64,000 nt of DNA from a virus (Duplodnaviria > Caudoviricetes). Each line of letters starts with the position of its first letter. Position 1 is the stretch's first letter. The stretch spans positions 32,001 to 96,000 of the IMG/VR virus record IMGVR_UViG_3300029288_000057; one strand, 5' to 3'. The position numbers and the translations under genes were made by a program. Below the pieces are notes generated by a model. It ran no database searches. It saw nothing but the letters and a program-made list of their open reading frames with translations, and had not been told where the DNA came from. Positions 39,608 through 49,316 of the stretch are shown in pieces.

Positions 39608-39775
39608 AAAAAAATGGGAGGTTCAGGCCTCCCAGTTTTTATGAAGTGTGGGGCTCTAACCCACGCAAAACAATTCCTGAATCTTTTTATAAAAGCGAGA
39701 GAATCTAACTCCCCAACGGCTGCCTGCACTTTCAAAATTCAAGGAACAAAAATCTGTTTCGGTTTTTCTTTCTTC
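39608..39775 (-). ncRNA. Candidate structured RNA cassette
   Basis: Class I element upstream; no ATG; long stem TTCCTTGAAT..GAAAGTG/CGCTTTT..ATTCAGGAA; terminator TGGGAGG/CCTCCCA plus U-run. Confidence 0.5.
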
Positions 39776-39926
39776 GAATATATAAAGAGTTTTATTTTGA
39801 AAAGAAGGGCTCTCCGTTGTCACTGCAGTAAAAAAGAGAAAAGGGCTCCTTGGGAGGGAACCCTTTCTCACTTGTTAAACCACATATGTTAAACCACAAA
39901 CATATGTCAGAATATATTCAAGGACC

Positions 39927-40211
39927 TTAGCCTTTTTTTCCAAATTTATTGTGACATTCCTGCCAGAGGCTGTTAAGTTCATTCTCTGTCATTTCTTTTA
40001 CTCCGTCACTTAATTTACTTACAAGCATTTTAACATAATTCACTTCCATTCTTATTTTCTCTTCCTGTCCTTGGAACCTTAACATTTCCTGTACATCACT
40101 AAGGTGAGAAAAAATTGCCATCTTTAGGCTTAGCTTTAATGTAGCTTTTATTTCTTCGTCAGATTCACCCTCAAATTCTGTGTATGCATCGTTTTTAATT
40201 AAATCAGCCAT
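39927..40211 (-). CDS. Hypothetical protein
   Basis: Single-gene cassette. Confidence 0.75.
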   Translation of the reverse strand: MADLIKNDAYTEFEGESDEEIKATLKLSLKMAIFSHLSDVQEMLRFQGQEEKIRMEVNYVKMLVSKLSDGVKEMTENELNSLWQECHNKFGKKG

Positions 40212-40261
40212 AGTACTTTGTTTTGATTGTATAAAGCCTTTTGTTAAGAAAGAAGGAGTTT

Positions 40262-40474
40262 TTATCCCAAAACAATTCCTCTTATATCCAACTCCCTTTG
40301 CAACGCTTCTTTATCATGACAAGCGGCAACTCTGTCATAAGTGGGAATCCCGAACATAACATAATCATAACAAAGGATATATCCCATATAAGGCTTGCCC
40401 TCATAATAATAAATTCTGTTTTCAACTGACCATCCACATCCGTGGAAAAGAAAATGTATAAATCTTTTTAACAT
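40262..40474 (-). CDS. Hypothetical protein
   Basis: Array ORF. Confidence 0.7.
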   Translation of the reverse strand: MLKRFIHFLFHGCGWSVENRIYYYEGKPYMGYILCYDYVMFGIPTYDRVAACHDKEALQRELDIRGIVLG

Positions 40475-40725
40475 AACTTTGAGTTTTTATTGATTATTTT
40501 CTGCGTTTTTTCTTGGGTGTAAAATTTGTGCATTTTCTTCGGTGCTTCTTTATTTTAGAATCAAAGTGTTTTGTAAGCGTGTCTGCGCTCTTCTCATAAT
40601 TGTATATGCGTATCGGCTCAGGCTCAAAAGCATTGTCTCTTATTTCCATTCTTATTTCCATAACGTTTTGTTTTTTGGTTTATAAACATATAAAGGAATC
40701 CATTCGGGGAAGAGGGGAACAGAGT

Positions 40726-41046
40726 TTACTTCAATCCCAAAATCTCTCTTATTCTTTCTGCAACAATGGGGTCTTTACCTCCAATGTGCCAGTTGGTAAT
40801 TTCTTCAAGCTCTAACCCCTGTGCGCCTTTATAATTCTTGCCATCTTTCCAATTATAGATTGTGGCAACCTTGCGGTCAGGAAATTTAATAGACCACTCG
40901 GCATCCACCTTATATCCGTCTCCTCTTGAATAATCTGTGCCAAATGTTTCACACAGTTTTTTGAAAGATATTGATATTTCATCTATCAAACTTGTTCCAG
41001 TAGTGTCAATTTCTTTTCCGTTGCTTTCACGAAGTTTAAATTTCAT
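40726..41046 (-). CDS. Hypothetical phage protein (FG..D..KV..EW..TIYNWK..WHIGG)
   Basis: Single-gene cassette. Confidence 0.8.
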   Translation of the reverse strand: MKFKLRESNGKEIDTTGTSLIDEISISFKKLCETFGTDYSRGDGYKVDAEWSIKFPDRKVATIYNWKDGKNYKGAQGLELEEITNWHIGGKDPIVAERIREILGLK

Positions 41047-41108
41047 AGCGTTTGATTTTTATAATGATTTAAATATATAAAGCATTTCTGTCAGGAAAGA
41101 GGGAGAGT

Positions 41109-41360
41109 TTAAAACATTTCACTTCTGCACATTAAAATTTCCAACCGCCTGCCCACACCAACAAATAACACAGACACTCTCTTTGTTTCTCCGAAGGGAT
41201 AATCTTCCAAAGGATGAGTACCCTCAATAGCCATTTCACAATCAAAATGTGATTCACAAGCACGTTGCATGCCCAATTCTAAATCTACTTTGTTATTGGC
41301 TTGAACAGTTCCAATATGTTCGCCAGTAACTTCACGTAATGAATAATATCTGTAATCCAT
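41109..41360 (-). CDS. Hypothetical protein
   Basis: Array ORF. Confidence 0.7.
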   Translation of the reverse strand: MDYRYYSLREVTGEHIGTVQANNKVDLELGMQRACESHFDCEMAIEGTHPLEDYPFGETKRVSVLFVGVGRRLEILMCRSEMF

Positions 41361-41364
41361 TTTA

Positions 41365-41820
41365 TTATTTTTTATCGTTTATAATTTCTTCGAGTTCTTT
41401 ATCTGACATTATACCCCCCGTAATCAGAAACAGAATACCAAACAAATAATGTTTCGTTCTCTTGGTGCATTTTGTCCTACGCCAATATGAAACCAATTCA
41501 TCGTCTCTAAATGACGCTGAATATTCACCTTTGCTGATTGTGGTGTAACTATAAAACTGTTTGAAAGGTTTGAAAACACATTGAAAAAACATTTTTACTT
41601 TTATAACAAAAATTGAAGTTTTTACCAGTATTTTTTGAAGTCGGGGGGATTTTATTGCGTTGCTCCACTTAAGAACTATTGCAGCCATTGTCTCAGTACC
41701 CTTTAACACAATTAAAAACTGCTTAAATAATTTGAAATATGCTTTCCAACCCCCAAATCTTTGATTGAGGGTGTTTTTAAACGCTTTCGTGGTGTCTTTA
41801 CAATTTACTGTTGTTATCAT
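41365..41820 (-). CDS. Hypothetical protein
   Basis: Array ORF. Confidence 0.65.
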   Translation of the reverse strand: MITTVNCKDTTKAFKNTLNQRFGGWKAYFKLFKQFLIVLKGTETMAAIVLKWSNAIKSPRLQKILVKTSIFVIKVKMFFQCVFKPFKQFYSYTTISKGEYSASFRDDELVSYWRRTKCTKRTKHYLFGILFLITGGIMSDKELEEIINDKK

Positions 41821-42100
41821 TGGTTTCGTTTATTTCTTCGTAATTACGCTTAAATTGACTTACAACCCAGTCCCTTTGGCTTCGGGAAAGGTTTGATTTC
41901 TTTAACTCAATTAAACCGTATTCTTTTACAATATCAACGTTTGGACGTTCACCGCCACCCCCACCAACACAACTGCCCTGCACCCCAAACAAAGAAACCA
42001 TAGCCATAACCGTTAACACACTCCTCGATTTTAGATAACTTGGAGTTTTCCGTTCTCTCTTTTGATAAAGTTTTCCGTTTACTTCAACTGCGTTTTCCAT
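41798..42100 (-). CDS. Hypothetical protein
   Basis: Array ORF. Confidence 0.75.
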   Translation of the reverse strand: MENAVEVNGKLYQKRERKTPSYLKSRSVLTVMAMVSLFGVQGSCVGGGGGERPNVDIVKEYGLIELKKSNLSRSQRDWVVSQFKRNYEEINETNDNNSKL

Positions 42101-42152
42101 TGGTTCTGTTTTGTGAATATATAAAGGAAATAAAACAGGAAAGAGGGAGAGT

Positions 42153-42557
42153 TTACCACTTCTTCCGTTTCTTTTCCATAACTATTTCTTTAATTTCTCT
42201 TGCGTGTTCCAAAATAACTTCAAAGAATTTATTTCCGTAGAAATCGAATTCATCACTGTTCAAAGGTCTGTCAATGGGGTAATCAATGACTTCATCCATC
42301 CTGTCTGTAATAATATGCGCCAAATAATCGTGAACAGGCATCGTGGCTTTTACAACATTTTCTGTTTCTTCATTTCGGGGCGCACCCTCACATAAAAAAA
42401 ACATAGCAAGTCTCTGCGAAATTTCAATATGATTGCTCGCCTTTTCGCCCCCATCTTCACGCCCTTTTGAATTGCACATCATATACCTGCAAATGTAAAA
42501 ATCCAACAGATAATGAAGCATCCAGACTTCTCTCTTTGTTAATATAATTCTTGCCAT
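42153..42557 (-). CDS. Hypothetical protein
   Basis: Array ORF. Confidence 0.75.
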   Translation of the reverse strand: MARIILTKREVWMLHYLLDFYICRYMMCNSKGREDGGEKASNHIEISQRLAMFFLCEGAPRNEETENVVKATMPVHDYLAHIITDRMDEVIDYPIDRPLNSDEFDFYGNKFFEVILEHAREIKEIVMEKKRKKW

Positions 42558-42562
42558 TGGTT

Positions 42563-42760
42563 TTATATTGTTATATTATAATATTTTGTTATTGCAAAAG
42601 CAACGGCAATAACAAATAAAATTAAACTTGTTATCAATGTAAGCCGAGACAAATCTTTATTACTGGTTACTCCTAAAACACAATAATAAAAAACAAATGA
42701 TATAGCCCAAAGAGCTGCATAAATAAAAGCAAATATCAATAAAAGGACTACTGGATTCAT
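42563..42760 (-). CDS. Small membrane protein
   Basis: Two TM helices. Confidence 0.7.
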   Translation of the reverse strand: MNPVVLLLIFAFIYAALWAISFVFYYCVLGVTSNKDLSRLTLITSLILFVIAVAFAITKYYNITI

Positions 42761-42823
42761 AATTTTATATTTAATTGGTTATACGAATATATTAAGCAAA
42801 AGTTTAAGAAAAGAGGGGAGAGT

Positions 42824-43510
42824 TTACATCCCTCCCAACACAAAGAAAAATGAATTTATATCAGCAATGTGTTTATAGTGTGTGAAAGTACCAGTTTCAT
42901 AGTAGGTAAATTTATCATAATCAAAATGATAATTAATTTCCATTATCTTGTTTCCTTTACAGAAAAACTCAACTCTCTTTACTACCATCTTTTCAGAAAA
43001 TTTATCATTACTGGTAAATTCCTTGCTCATTTTCTTATAAAGAACCGCATCCCCTTCAAATCCGCTTTTGTGATTAGATACGTTAAAAGATATTTTTTGT
43101 GCTTTCGTTTTGCATGGAATTGATTTAAAAGAATTTTCTCCTGTTTCAGTTTTAAAACATTCAACATGAAAATCATCTGCCAAATAATCTTCTGTTTTAA
43201 TTCCATCAACTATATAATCTTCCTGCCCTTTGGTGTGAGCAATCCTATTCTCAATGGACTTTACAAATCCCTGAATATTGTTGTTAAAAAAGGCTTTGGC
43301 AATCGAATCATCAAATCTTGACATACCCATCAAAATAGTGCCTACTTCTTCATATCGTGGGTAGTTGCTCTGTGCAATAGCATCAGCTAATGTAAAATTG
43401 AAATGATATAAATCATCTCTTTTTGTTCCTTCATCTTCAGCAGTACACGCTTCGAGAAATTCTTCGAGAAATTTATTTGTGAGGTCTAAAAGCCTTTTGC
43501 TTACTTCCAT
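42824..43510 (-). CDS. Hypothetical protein
   Basis: Single-gene cassette. Confidence 0.8.
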   Translation of the reverse strand: MEVSKRLLDLTNKFLEEFLEACTAEDEGTKRDDLYHFNFTLADAIAQSNYPRYEEVGTILMGMSRFDDSIAKAFFNNNIQGFVKSIENRIAHTKGQEDYIVDGIKTEDYLADDFHVECFKTETGENSFKSIPCKTKAQKISFNVSNHKSGFEGDAVLYKKMSKEFTSNDKFSEKMVVKRVEFFCKGNKIMEINYHFDYDKFTYYETGTFTHYKHIADINSFFFVLGGM

Positions 43511-43566
43511 GATATTTAATTTATTGATTGAATATATAAAGCAAATTTGTTTGGAAAGAGGGCGGC

Positions 43567-43935
43567 CTATTTTCTTATAATGAGTGTAATTGTTGAGGCG
43601 TGTTTTACATATATTCGTTTTGTTAAAAACGACATCCCTGTGCTATTCCCAAACAAATATGCGACATTGACATAAAACAAACTGTTTGCATGTTCAAATT
43701 TAACATATCCAAATCCCTGTTCGCCAAACCCCATATTGGGTTTGAAAATATGAACATAATCGTCCACCTTTACATCTGTTTTCTTAATTTCAGGAAACTT
43801 TTTTATTCCTCTGCTTTCGGTCAGATATTGCAAATACAAATCAACATCAAGTTTATTTGCTTCCCTGTATGAAATACTCTTGAAATCTTTATCGAGGCAA
43901 GCAAGCGGTTTTCCGTCCATTAGTTTTGTTTTCAT
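43567..43935 (-). CDS. Hypothetical protein
   Basis: Single-gene cassette. Confidence 0.75.
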   Translation of the reverse strand: MKTKLMDGKPLACLDKDFKSISYREANKLDVDLYLQYLTESRGIKKFPEIKKTDVKVDDYVHIFKPNMGFGEQGFGYVKFEHANSLFYVNVAYLFGNSTGMSFLTKRIYVKHASTITLIIRK

Positions 43936-44111
43936 TGTTTTGTTTGTTGGTTATAAATACATAAAGCAAATAAACGTGGAAAGAGGGAAAACTTACCTCC
44001 CCCCCCTTTTTCGGTTGTTCCGAATTATCTGTCTTGCGTTTTGGCTTTGGGGAGTTTGCCCTGTTCGGTGCATCCTTTGCGTTCTCCCGTGCCTTTTCGT
44101 GCTTGTCCATT

Positions 44112-44276
44112 TTATCCCCTTGCCAGTTTACGTCTCTGTTCTCTCATACTTGCCTTTATAATTGTGTTCTTTGTGCTGACAACTTCAGCAGAGCGAACCG
44201 ATACAAAGGTAAGGGAGAATAAGGAAATGATAATTACAAATAAAATGTTTGCGGATAATTCAAATGCTTTTTTCAT
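44112..44276 (-). CDS. Small membrane protein (54 aa, absent from ORF track)
   Basis: MKKAFELSANILFVIIISLFSLTFV after class I element. Confidence 0.55.
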   Translation of the reverse strand: MKKAFELSANILFVIIISLFSLTFVSVRSAEVVSTKNTIIKASMREQRRKLARG

Positions 44277-44341
44277 AGTGTCTAAAATTTTTAATTGGTT
44301 ATGAATATGTAAAGAAATCCGTTCGGGGAAGAGGGAGACTT

Positions 44342-45301
44342 TTACTGATAAGCCACATCATCATCAAAAATTTCAAGCTCCAATTCTTCTCTTGCCGTCC
44401 TTGCTTGTGCTTGCGTCAATCTTTTGCCGCTGTTCGGGTGCAAATGCTTCATGTCAGCGAAAATATGAATCCATCCCTTTGCTTCAATTGTAGGCACATC
44501 TGATTCTAAAATCGTATGCACATATTCAATATGATTAGTATATTTACAATAATGCATTGTTCCATCGGGGGAGAGCCAACCCATCTTTAAACTTTTATCT
44601 GTGGAATCTTTTAACAAGTCCTGATAGTGTGTTGTCTTTGCTCTCTGTTCTATTGTATTAACCACATCCCAACTTTTCGCCTTAACAGTTTCGAGAATCT
44701 TATCTTTTGACCCAAGTATACACCAACTAAAGCCATTTGATGCTAAAAGTATTTGTGAGCCGTCTGCGTGCTTTCCTCCAAGCTCTTTCCAAGAAATTTG
44801 AAAATCCGTTTCGCTTGCACCAATGAATTGTTTTACCAATACAAGCGTTTTCATATCAATAGCTTTTTTTTCATTTACAATTATTCTGTAGCAAAATTCA
44901 CCATCTGAACCAACCCATTTGCCTATACGTTTCATCTCAAAATTCTTTGGTATGCTGCCCAAATCCCTTTCAATGTTTTTAGGCTCGGAAACATATAAAA
45001 CTGTTTCAAACCTCTCAAGGTTATTTTCAATCGTTTCTTCGGGAAAACCACTGTGACAAGGACGAATGAAAACGGGTAAACAACTATCGGGGAATTTAAA
45101 TTTGGTGCAATCCAAAGGTAATACCTTTGATAAGGTTTTACCTGCATCAGCTATGCCCCCTGGCAATATATCCAAACTGATTACTTTATCCATCAAAGAG
45201 CCAAGCAACCCCTCACCTGCCCCACAATCTACAACCACACGCCCTTTGGCTTCCTTTTTAATTATCGCTAAAAGTCCTTTGTCAATTTGACAGAATATCA
45301 T
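44342..45301 (-). CDS. Protein with N-terminal SAM-methyltransferase-like domain and C-terminal GWLSPDG..H domain
   Basis: VVVDCGAGEG motif I, ISLD. Confidence 0.65.
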   Translation of the reverse strand: MIFCQIDKGLLAIIKKEAKGRVVVDCGAGEGLLGSLMDKVISLDILPGGIADAGKTLSKVLPLDCTKFKFPDSCLPVFIRPCHSGFPEETIENNLERFETVLYVSEPKNIERDLGSIPKNFEMKRIGKWVGSDGEFCYRIIVNEKKAIDMKTLVLVKQFIGASETDFQISWKELGGKHADGSQILLASNGFSWCILGSKDKILETVKAKSWDVVNTIEQRAKTTHYQDLLKDSTDKSLKMGWLSPDGTMHYCKYTNHIEYVHTILESDVPTIEAKGWIHIFADMKHLHPNSGKRLTQAQARTAREELELEIFDDDVAYQ

Positions 45302-45578
45302 AGCAGTTTGGTTTTATTGGTTTATAAACATATAAAGGAATATGTTCAGGAAAGAGGGGATAAACCACATAGAATTGTTTCTTGTGGGGTGCGTAATTAT
45401 TTTCTGCGTTTAAATATTGCCTGAAATATATATATAAGTCCTTGCATTATGTAATAAACTGAAACGAGAAATATTACTCCATATCCTAATAATCTACCAG
45501 AACTCTGTTGGTTTAAAAATTCAAATAGTGTTTCCATTGTAATTTGTTTTTATTGATTGAATATATAAAGCAAAAGTT

Positions 45579-45881
45579 TTAGGAAAGAAGGGATTTGTCT
45601 TTTCTTACACACCACGTCTGAGTGCAATTTGAAGTATGAAGATATTCAGGACGCCCTTTGCAGGAGATATAATTAGGAAATGTTTCTACATCTATTCTTT
45701 TAGCATTCAGTAAATTGTTTCCCACATTTTCGGGAGTTACCGAATATTCATACGTATTACCCCCCATCTTATCCCACGTAACAATACAATCATAAAAAGC
45801 TCTTTCGCTCTCAAATAATTGTTTTCTTATTAATTTGCCTTTTGCACTCGTTAATGTATATTCAAATTCAAATGCGTACAT
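45579..45881 (-). CDS. Hypothetical protein
   Basis: Start moved to MYAFE. Confidence 0.7.
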   Translation of the reverse strand: MYAFEFEYTLTSAKGKLIRKQLFESERAFYDCIVTWDKMGGNTYEYSVTPENVGNNLLNAKRIDVETFPNYISCKGRPEYLHTSNCTQTWCVRKDKSLLS

Positions 45882-45900
45882 GGTTGCGTTTTTTATTGGT

Positions 45901-46143
45901 TTATAAAGATACTTTAATTTTTGTTGACAGTTCATCCAGTTCCTTTTTTGTTTCGTCGTCTGATACACTTCTTACTCTCTCAATCATTCGACCAATTTGG
46001 AACGCTTCTATTGGCGTTAAGTCTTTTGGTGTTTCTACAGTTTTCTTTGCTAATTTTCTCCATGTGCTTTCCTGTAGACCGTTTAGTGGTCTTGATGAAA
46101 AATTCTCATTCGCAAATTCTAATAATAATTTTGGGAAGTTCAT
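45901..46143 (-). CDS. Hypothetical protein
   Basis: Array ORF. Confidence 0.7.
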   Translation of the reverse strand: MNFPKLLLEFANENFSSRPLNGLQESTWRKLAKKTVETPKDLTPIEAFQIGRMIERVRSVSDDETKKELDELSTKIKVSL

Positions 46144-46204
46144 AGTGCAAAGTTTTATTGATTGAATATATAAAGCGAATTTATTTGGAAAGAGGGGAGA
46201 GTTT

Positions 46205-46408
46205 TTAATCCAAAAACATTAATTCCTTTTGAATGCTTTCAGCTTGCCTGCTGTATTTTTTGTACATTTCTAAACACGCATGTCTGCCGTATGTATTGTT
46301 TTTGTCTTCACCAAAAAAAAGACGTGCGCAGAACCTTCTGCTGCTTATTACACTGTTTAATTGGTATTTCAGGTATATTCTTTTGAGAAATTTCTTGAGC
46401 CTTTTCAT
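46205..46408 (-). CDS. Hypothetical protein
   Basis: Single-gene cassette. Confidence 0.7.
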   Translation of the reverse strand: MKRLKKFLKRIYLKYQLNSVISSRRFCARLFFGEDKNNTYGRHACLEMYKKYSRQAESIQKELMFLD

Positions 46409-46466
46409 GGTATTTGGTTTTTATTGGTCGCTAAATATATAAAGCAAACAAAAATGAAAAGAGGGA

Positions 46467-46655
46467 TTAATTAAAAGAATGATAAATGTACTTTGCCCCA
46501 CGCCATGTTTTCGGAAGGGGTTGTATTCGTTCTGCGTTTACTTCCAGCCCAAACTTTTGATTCTTAAAATGTACCCTTTTGGAATTAATCATGTCAATAA
46601 AACAAAGTTTGGTTCCAGAATGAGTAATAACTTTTACATATTCACCGAGTTGCAT
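46467..46655 (-). CDS. Hypothetical protein
   Basis: Array ORF. Confidence 0.7.
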   Translation of the reverse strand: MQLGEYVKVITHSGTKLCFIDMINSKRVHFKNQKFGLEVNAERIQPLPKTWRGAKYIYHSFN

Positions 46656-46660
46656 AGCTC

Positions 46661-46906
46661 TTAGTTTTTAGGGAATATTGTATTAAAATCAAAAGTCTCA
46701 AGTATGGGTGCGTTTCCTGGCATTTTACCAGTTCTTCTGTTTATCCTTTGAGCATAAATAGTGTCGCCTTCAAAACCAAAAACCTTGTACAATATTTCAT
46801 ATTCTCTGCCAAAGCATTTTTTAGGAGAAGGAATAAGAAAAAAACGACCTGTTTCAATCCCTTTGTGGTTTGATTCAAATTTTATGTCTGAGAGTTTCCT
46901 GCACAT
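46661..46906 (-). CDS. Hypothetical protein
   Basis: Array ORF. Confidence 0.7.
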   Translation of the reverse strand: MCRKLSDIKFESNHKGIETGRFFLIPSPKKCFGREYEILYKVFGFEGDTIYAQRINRRTGKMPGNAPILETFDFNTIFPKN

Positions 46907-46963
46907 GGTAATTGTTTTTTTGGTTAAATATATAAAGCAAAAGGAAATGGAAAGAAGGAGTGT

Positions 46964-47302
46964 TTACTCCCTGTATATAGCCTCATTGAGAAAGATTTCA
47001 AAGTCTTTAATAGCTATATCAACGTTTTCACAGCTATGAAAATTGTTCTTATGGTTTGGGTGAGATAACCCACAGAATTTTTTATGCTTCATGAATACAC
47101 TATATAAATTTTCTTGATGGTCAGGATTGTATAGGGTAACTTTTAACGGTTCAATTGCACCAGCGAATGAACTTTCATCTAATGGAATTTCATATTCACA
47201 GGCTTGTGAATTAAGACTGTGAACCTTAGTCCCAGCATGATTGAGTATGATTTTCTGTATTTCTGAAACGAATTTTATTCTGTCTTTTTTTGTATTTTTC
47301 AT
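46964..47302 (-). CDS. Hypothetical protein
   Basis: Start moved to MKNTK. Confidence 0.75.
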   Translation of the reverse strand: MKNTKKDRIKFVSEIQKIILNHAGTKVHSLNSQACEYEIPLDESSFAGAIEPLKVTLYNPDHQENLYSVFMKHKKFCGLSHPNHKNNFHSCENVDIAIKDFEIFLNEAIYRE

Positions 47303-47363
47303 AGTTTGTGGTTTTGGCTTGTTAAATATATAAAGCAAAATATTAAAAGAAGAAGGAATCGGT

Positions 47364-47603
47364 TTAATTCCACCCCCTCAGCTTTTGAACGTATTGGATA
47401 AACATAAACCTGCAATCATTTTCAAATTCTTCGTAGGTCATTGGGGCAAACATCTCACTATTGAACTTACCTGCGATAATGAATTGCATCATATTTCTTT
47501 TAACATCGTAACGGTAAGTCGTCTCTGAACCAACTACGTGATAATAGTAAACATCCTCTGTACGAGACTTAATAAGCATTGGTTGTTTTATAGACTTTTT
47601 CAT
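47364..47603 (-). CDS. Hypothetical protein
   Basis: Start moved to MKKSI. Confidence 0.7.
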   Translation of the reverse strand: MKKSIKQPMLIKSRTEDVYYYHVVGSETTYRYDVKRNMMQFIIAGKFNSEMFAPMTYEEFENDCRFMFIQYVQKLRGWN

Positions 47604-47832
47604 ACCGATTGTTTGTAAGTTTATAAAGCCATTTTTAAATAAAGAGGGAAGACGGGGTACCAAACCCGTCTTCCAAAACCAACTAAACCTAAACATGAAA
47701 AAACCAACTTCGCTAACTAATATTTTTATAACATGTGTATTTTCTTTTTATCATGCCAGAAACTTTTATCTGGCTCTTCACCTCTGGTTCTGGAGTTATA
47801 AAGAAACCTCTCCAGAAAAGAGGGAGAATCAC

Positions 47833-48210
47833 TCAACCCGTCGTTTCAATAACTTCACAGAAGTTTGCAGTATATAAGGCGGAATTAAGCAAAAGACTTT
47901 CATAAAACGACAGTGCTTTTTCTCTATCCTCAAAGTTTTGAAAGTAGTCTGTTAAATCTTTATCCCGCCCCTCAATAACATAAGCCACACAATATTTAAT
48001 ATGAAATGTATTCTTTTTTTTAAAAAACTTATCTATAAAAGTGTTAATTCCATAAGCTGCAAAAAGAATAAGCAATATAGAAACACAAAAAGAAATAAAC
48101 CCCGACGTTACGTCCCACACTGCACCCCACCCACCACAAATAGTAATGACAATTGCAACGGCAAGTATAATTAAAATAAGTCTTTTGGATATTAAAATTT
48201 CTTTTTTCAT
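47833..48210 (-). CDS. Membrane protein
   Basis: Two TM helices. Confidence 0.75.
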   Translation of the reverse strand: MKKEILISKRLILIILAVAIVITICGGWGAVWDVTSGFISFCVSILLILFAAYGINTFIDKFFKKKNTFHIKYCVAYVIEGRDKDLTDYFQNFEDREKALSFYESLLLNSALYTANFCEVIETTG

Positions 48211-48261
48211 AGTGGTTAGTTTTTATTGGTTTATAAATGTATAAAAGAAAGGAAGGAAAGA

Positions 48262-48468
48262 TTATTTTGACTCGTTTAAATCAATTATCAAATGGGTTTT
48301 AGTTTCACTAATATTAAACGTTCTCCAATCTGAATTTTGCTTTTTCGTATTGCAAACGAATATTGTTGTTTTCCTGACATCATGCTCAAATATTGCAAAG
48401 CATTTTCCGTCTTGTATCGCATAATCTGAATAAAATGTTCCTTGAGGTTTTTTAATTCTGCGTTTCAT
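48262..48468 (-). CDS. Hypothetical protein
   Basis: Array ORF. Confidence 0.7.
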   Translation of the reverse strand: MKRRIKKPQGTFYSDYAIQDGKCFAIFEHDVRKTTIFVCNTKKQNSDWRTFNISETKTHLIIDLNESK

Positions 48469-48530
48469 TTTGGTTTGTTTTGGTTTAACAAATATATAAA
48501 GCGAATTTATTTTGAAAGAAGGGAAGTTTT

Positions 48531-48809
48531 TTAAACATTAATAGTTGTTGTTATTGTTGTAATAGTTTGAATCTGGAATTGAGAATTTTCGTAAGTTTTT
48601 TCCCCTTCATAAACACTTTCTCTTAATTCCTGTATATGTTCAAGTGCTTGTTCATATCCATAAATATCAAGAGTTGTCTTTCCTCCTTCGGGGTTAAACT
48701 TTTTCCATCTTTCATCAAATTTTGAATATCCTTCTGGTGAAAAATAACCATTCATATCTTTAGTTTTTACAACTAAATATGTATTTGTTTCTGTTGTTGT
48801 GTCTTTCAT
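48531..48809 (-). CDS. Hypothetical protein
   Basis: Single-gene cassette. Confidence 0.75.
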   Translation of the reverse strand: MKDTTTETNTYLVVKTKDMNGYFSPEGYSKFDERWKKFNPEGGKTTLDIYGYEQALEHIQELRESVYEGEKTYENSQFQIQTITTITTTINV

Positions 48810-48877
48810 GGTTTCTATATTTGAATATATAAAGTAAATTGTTTCAAAAAGAAGGGATTTATTATTGACTTTTGGTT

Positions 48878-49183
48878 TTATAATTTACTTGCAATAGATT
48901 TTAGCAAATTATGGAACTCTTCAAAGTCTTCTAATGACTTCCGTATTGTAAACACATTACAGTAATCTTCTGCCTGCCTATAGGTTGTAATTTGTTCATC
49001 AACATTAAAATCATTCACATAAGAAACAAATTCCTCTTTGGTAAATGGGCGTAAAAGAATAATCATATCCACCCCGCCAGAAGTCCATATTTCTAATTCG
49101 GCAACTTGTGTTTTTTCTTCTTTGAACAAAGATACGTTAAACCCGTTGTCTTCAAAAAATTTGGTTAATTGTTTTATTTTCAT
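48878..49183 (-). CDS. Hypothetical protein downstream of tRNA-like element
   Basis: Start moved to MKIKQ. Confidence 0.75.
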   Translation of the reverse strand: MKIKQLTKFFEDNGFNVSLFKEEKTQVAELEIWTSGGVDMIILLRPFTKEEFVSYVNDFNVDEQITTYRQAEDYCNVFTIRKSLEDFEEFHNLLKSIASKL

Positions 49184-49205
49184 GTTTGACAGTTTTTTGT
49201 CTTTT

Positions 49206-49291
49206 GCCCCACGAACAGGACTCGAACCTGTCACAGTATTATTTCCTGCGTTGTTCACAACATTACATTGTGTGCCTGACAAGACGTGGAG
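49206..49291 (-). ncRNA. Degenerate tRNA-like element (possibly His-GTG derived)
   Basis: Acceptor CTCCACG/CGTGGGG, T arm ACAGG-TTCGAGT-CCTGT, D-like TTGT/ACAA; loop TTGTGAA on a mismatched stem; directly after class I element 49298-49326. Confidence 0.55.
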
Positions 49292-49316
49292 TGTAAGTAT
49301 ATAAAGCAAATTTATC

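Noticed and set aside
39614-39892. ORFs 39614..39892 (+) and 39656..39871 (-)
   Set aside because: Both run across terminators and the promoter element; better explained as non-coding.
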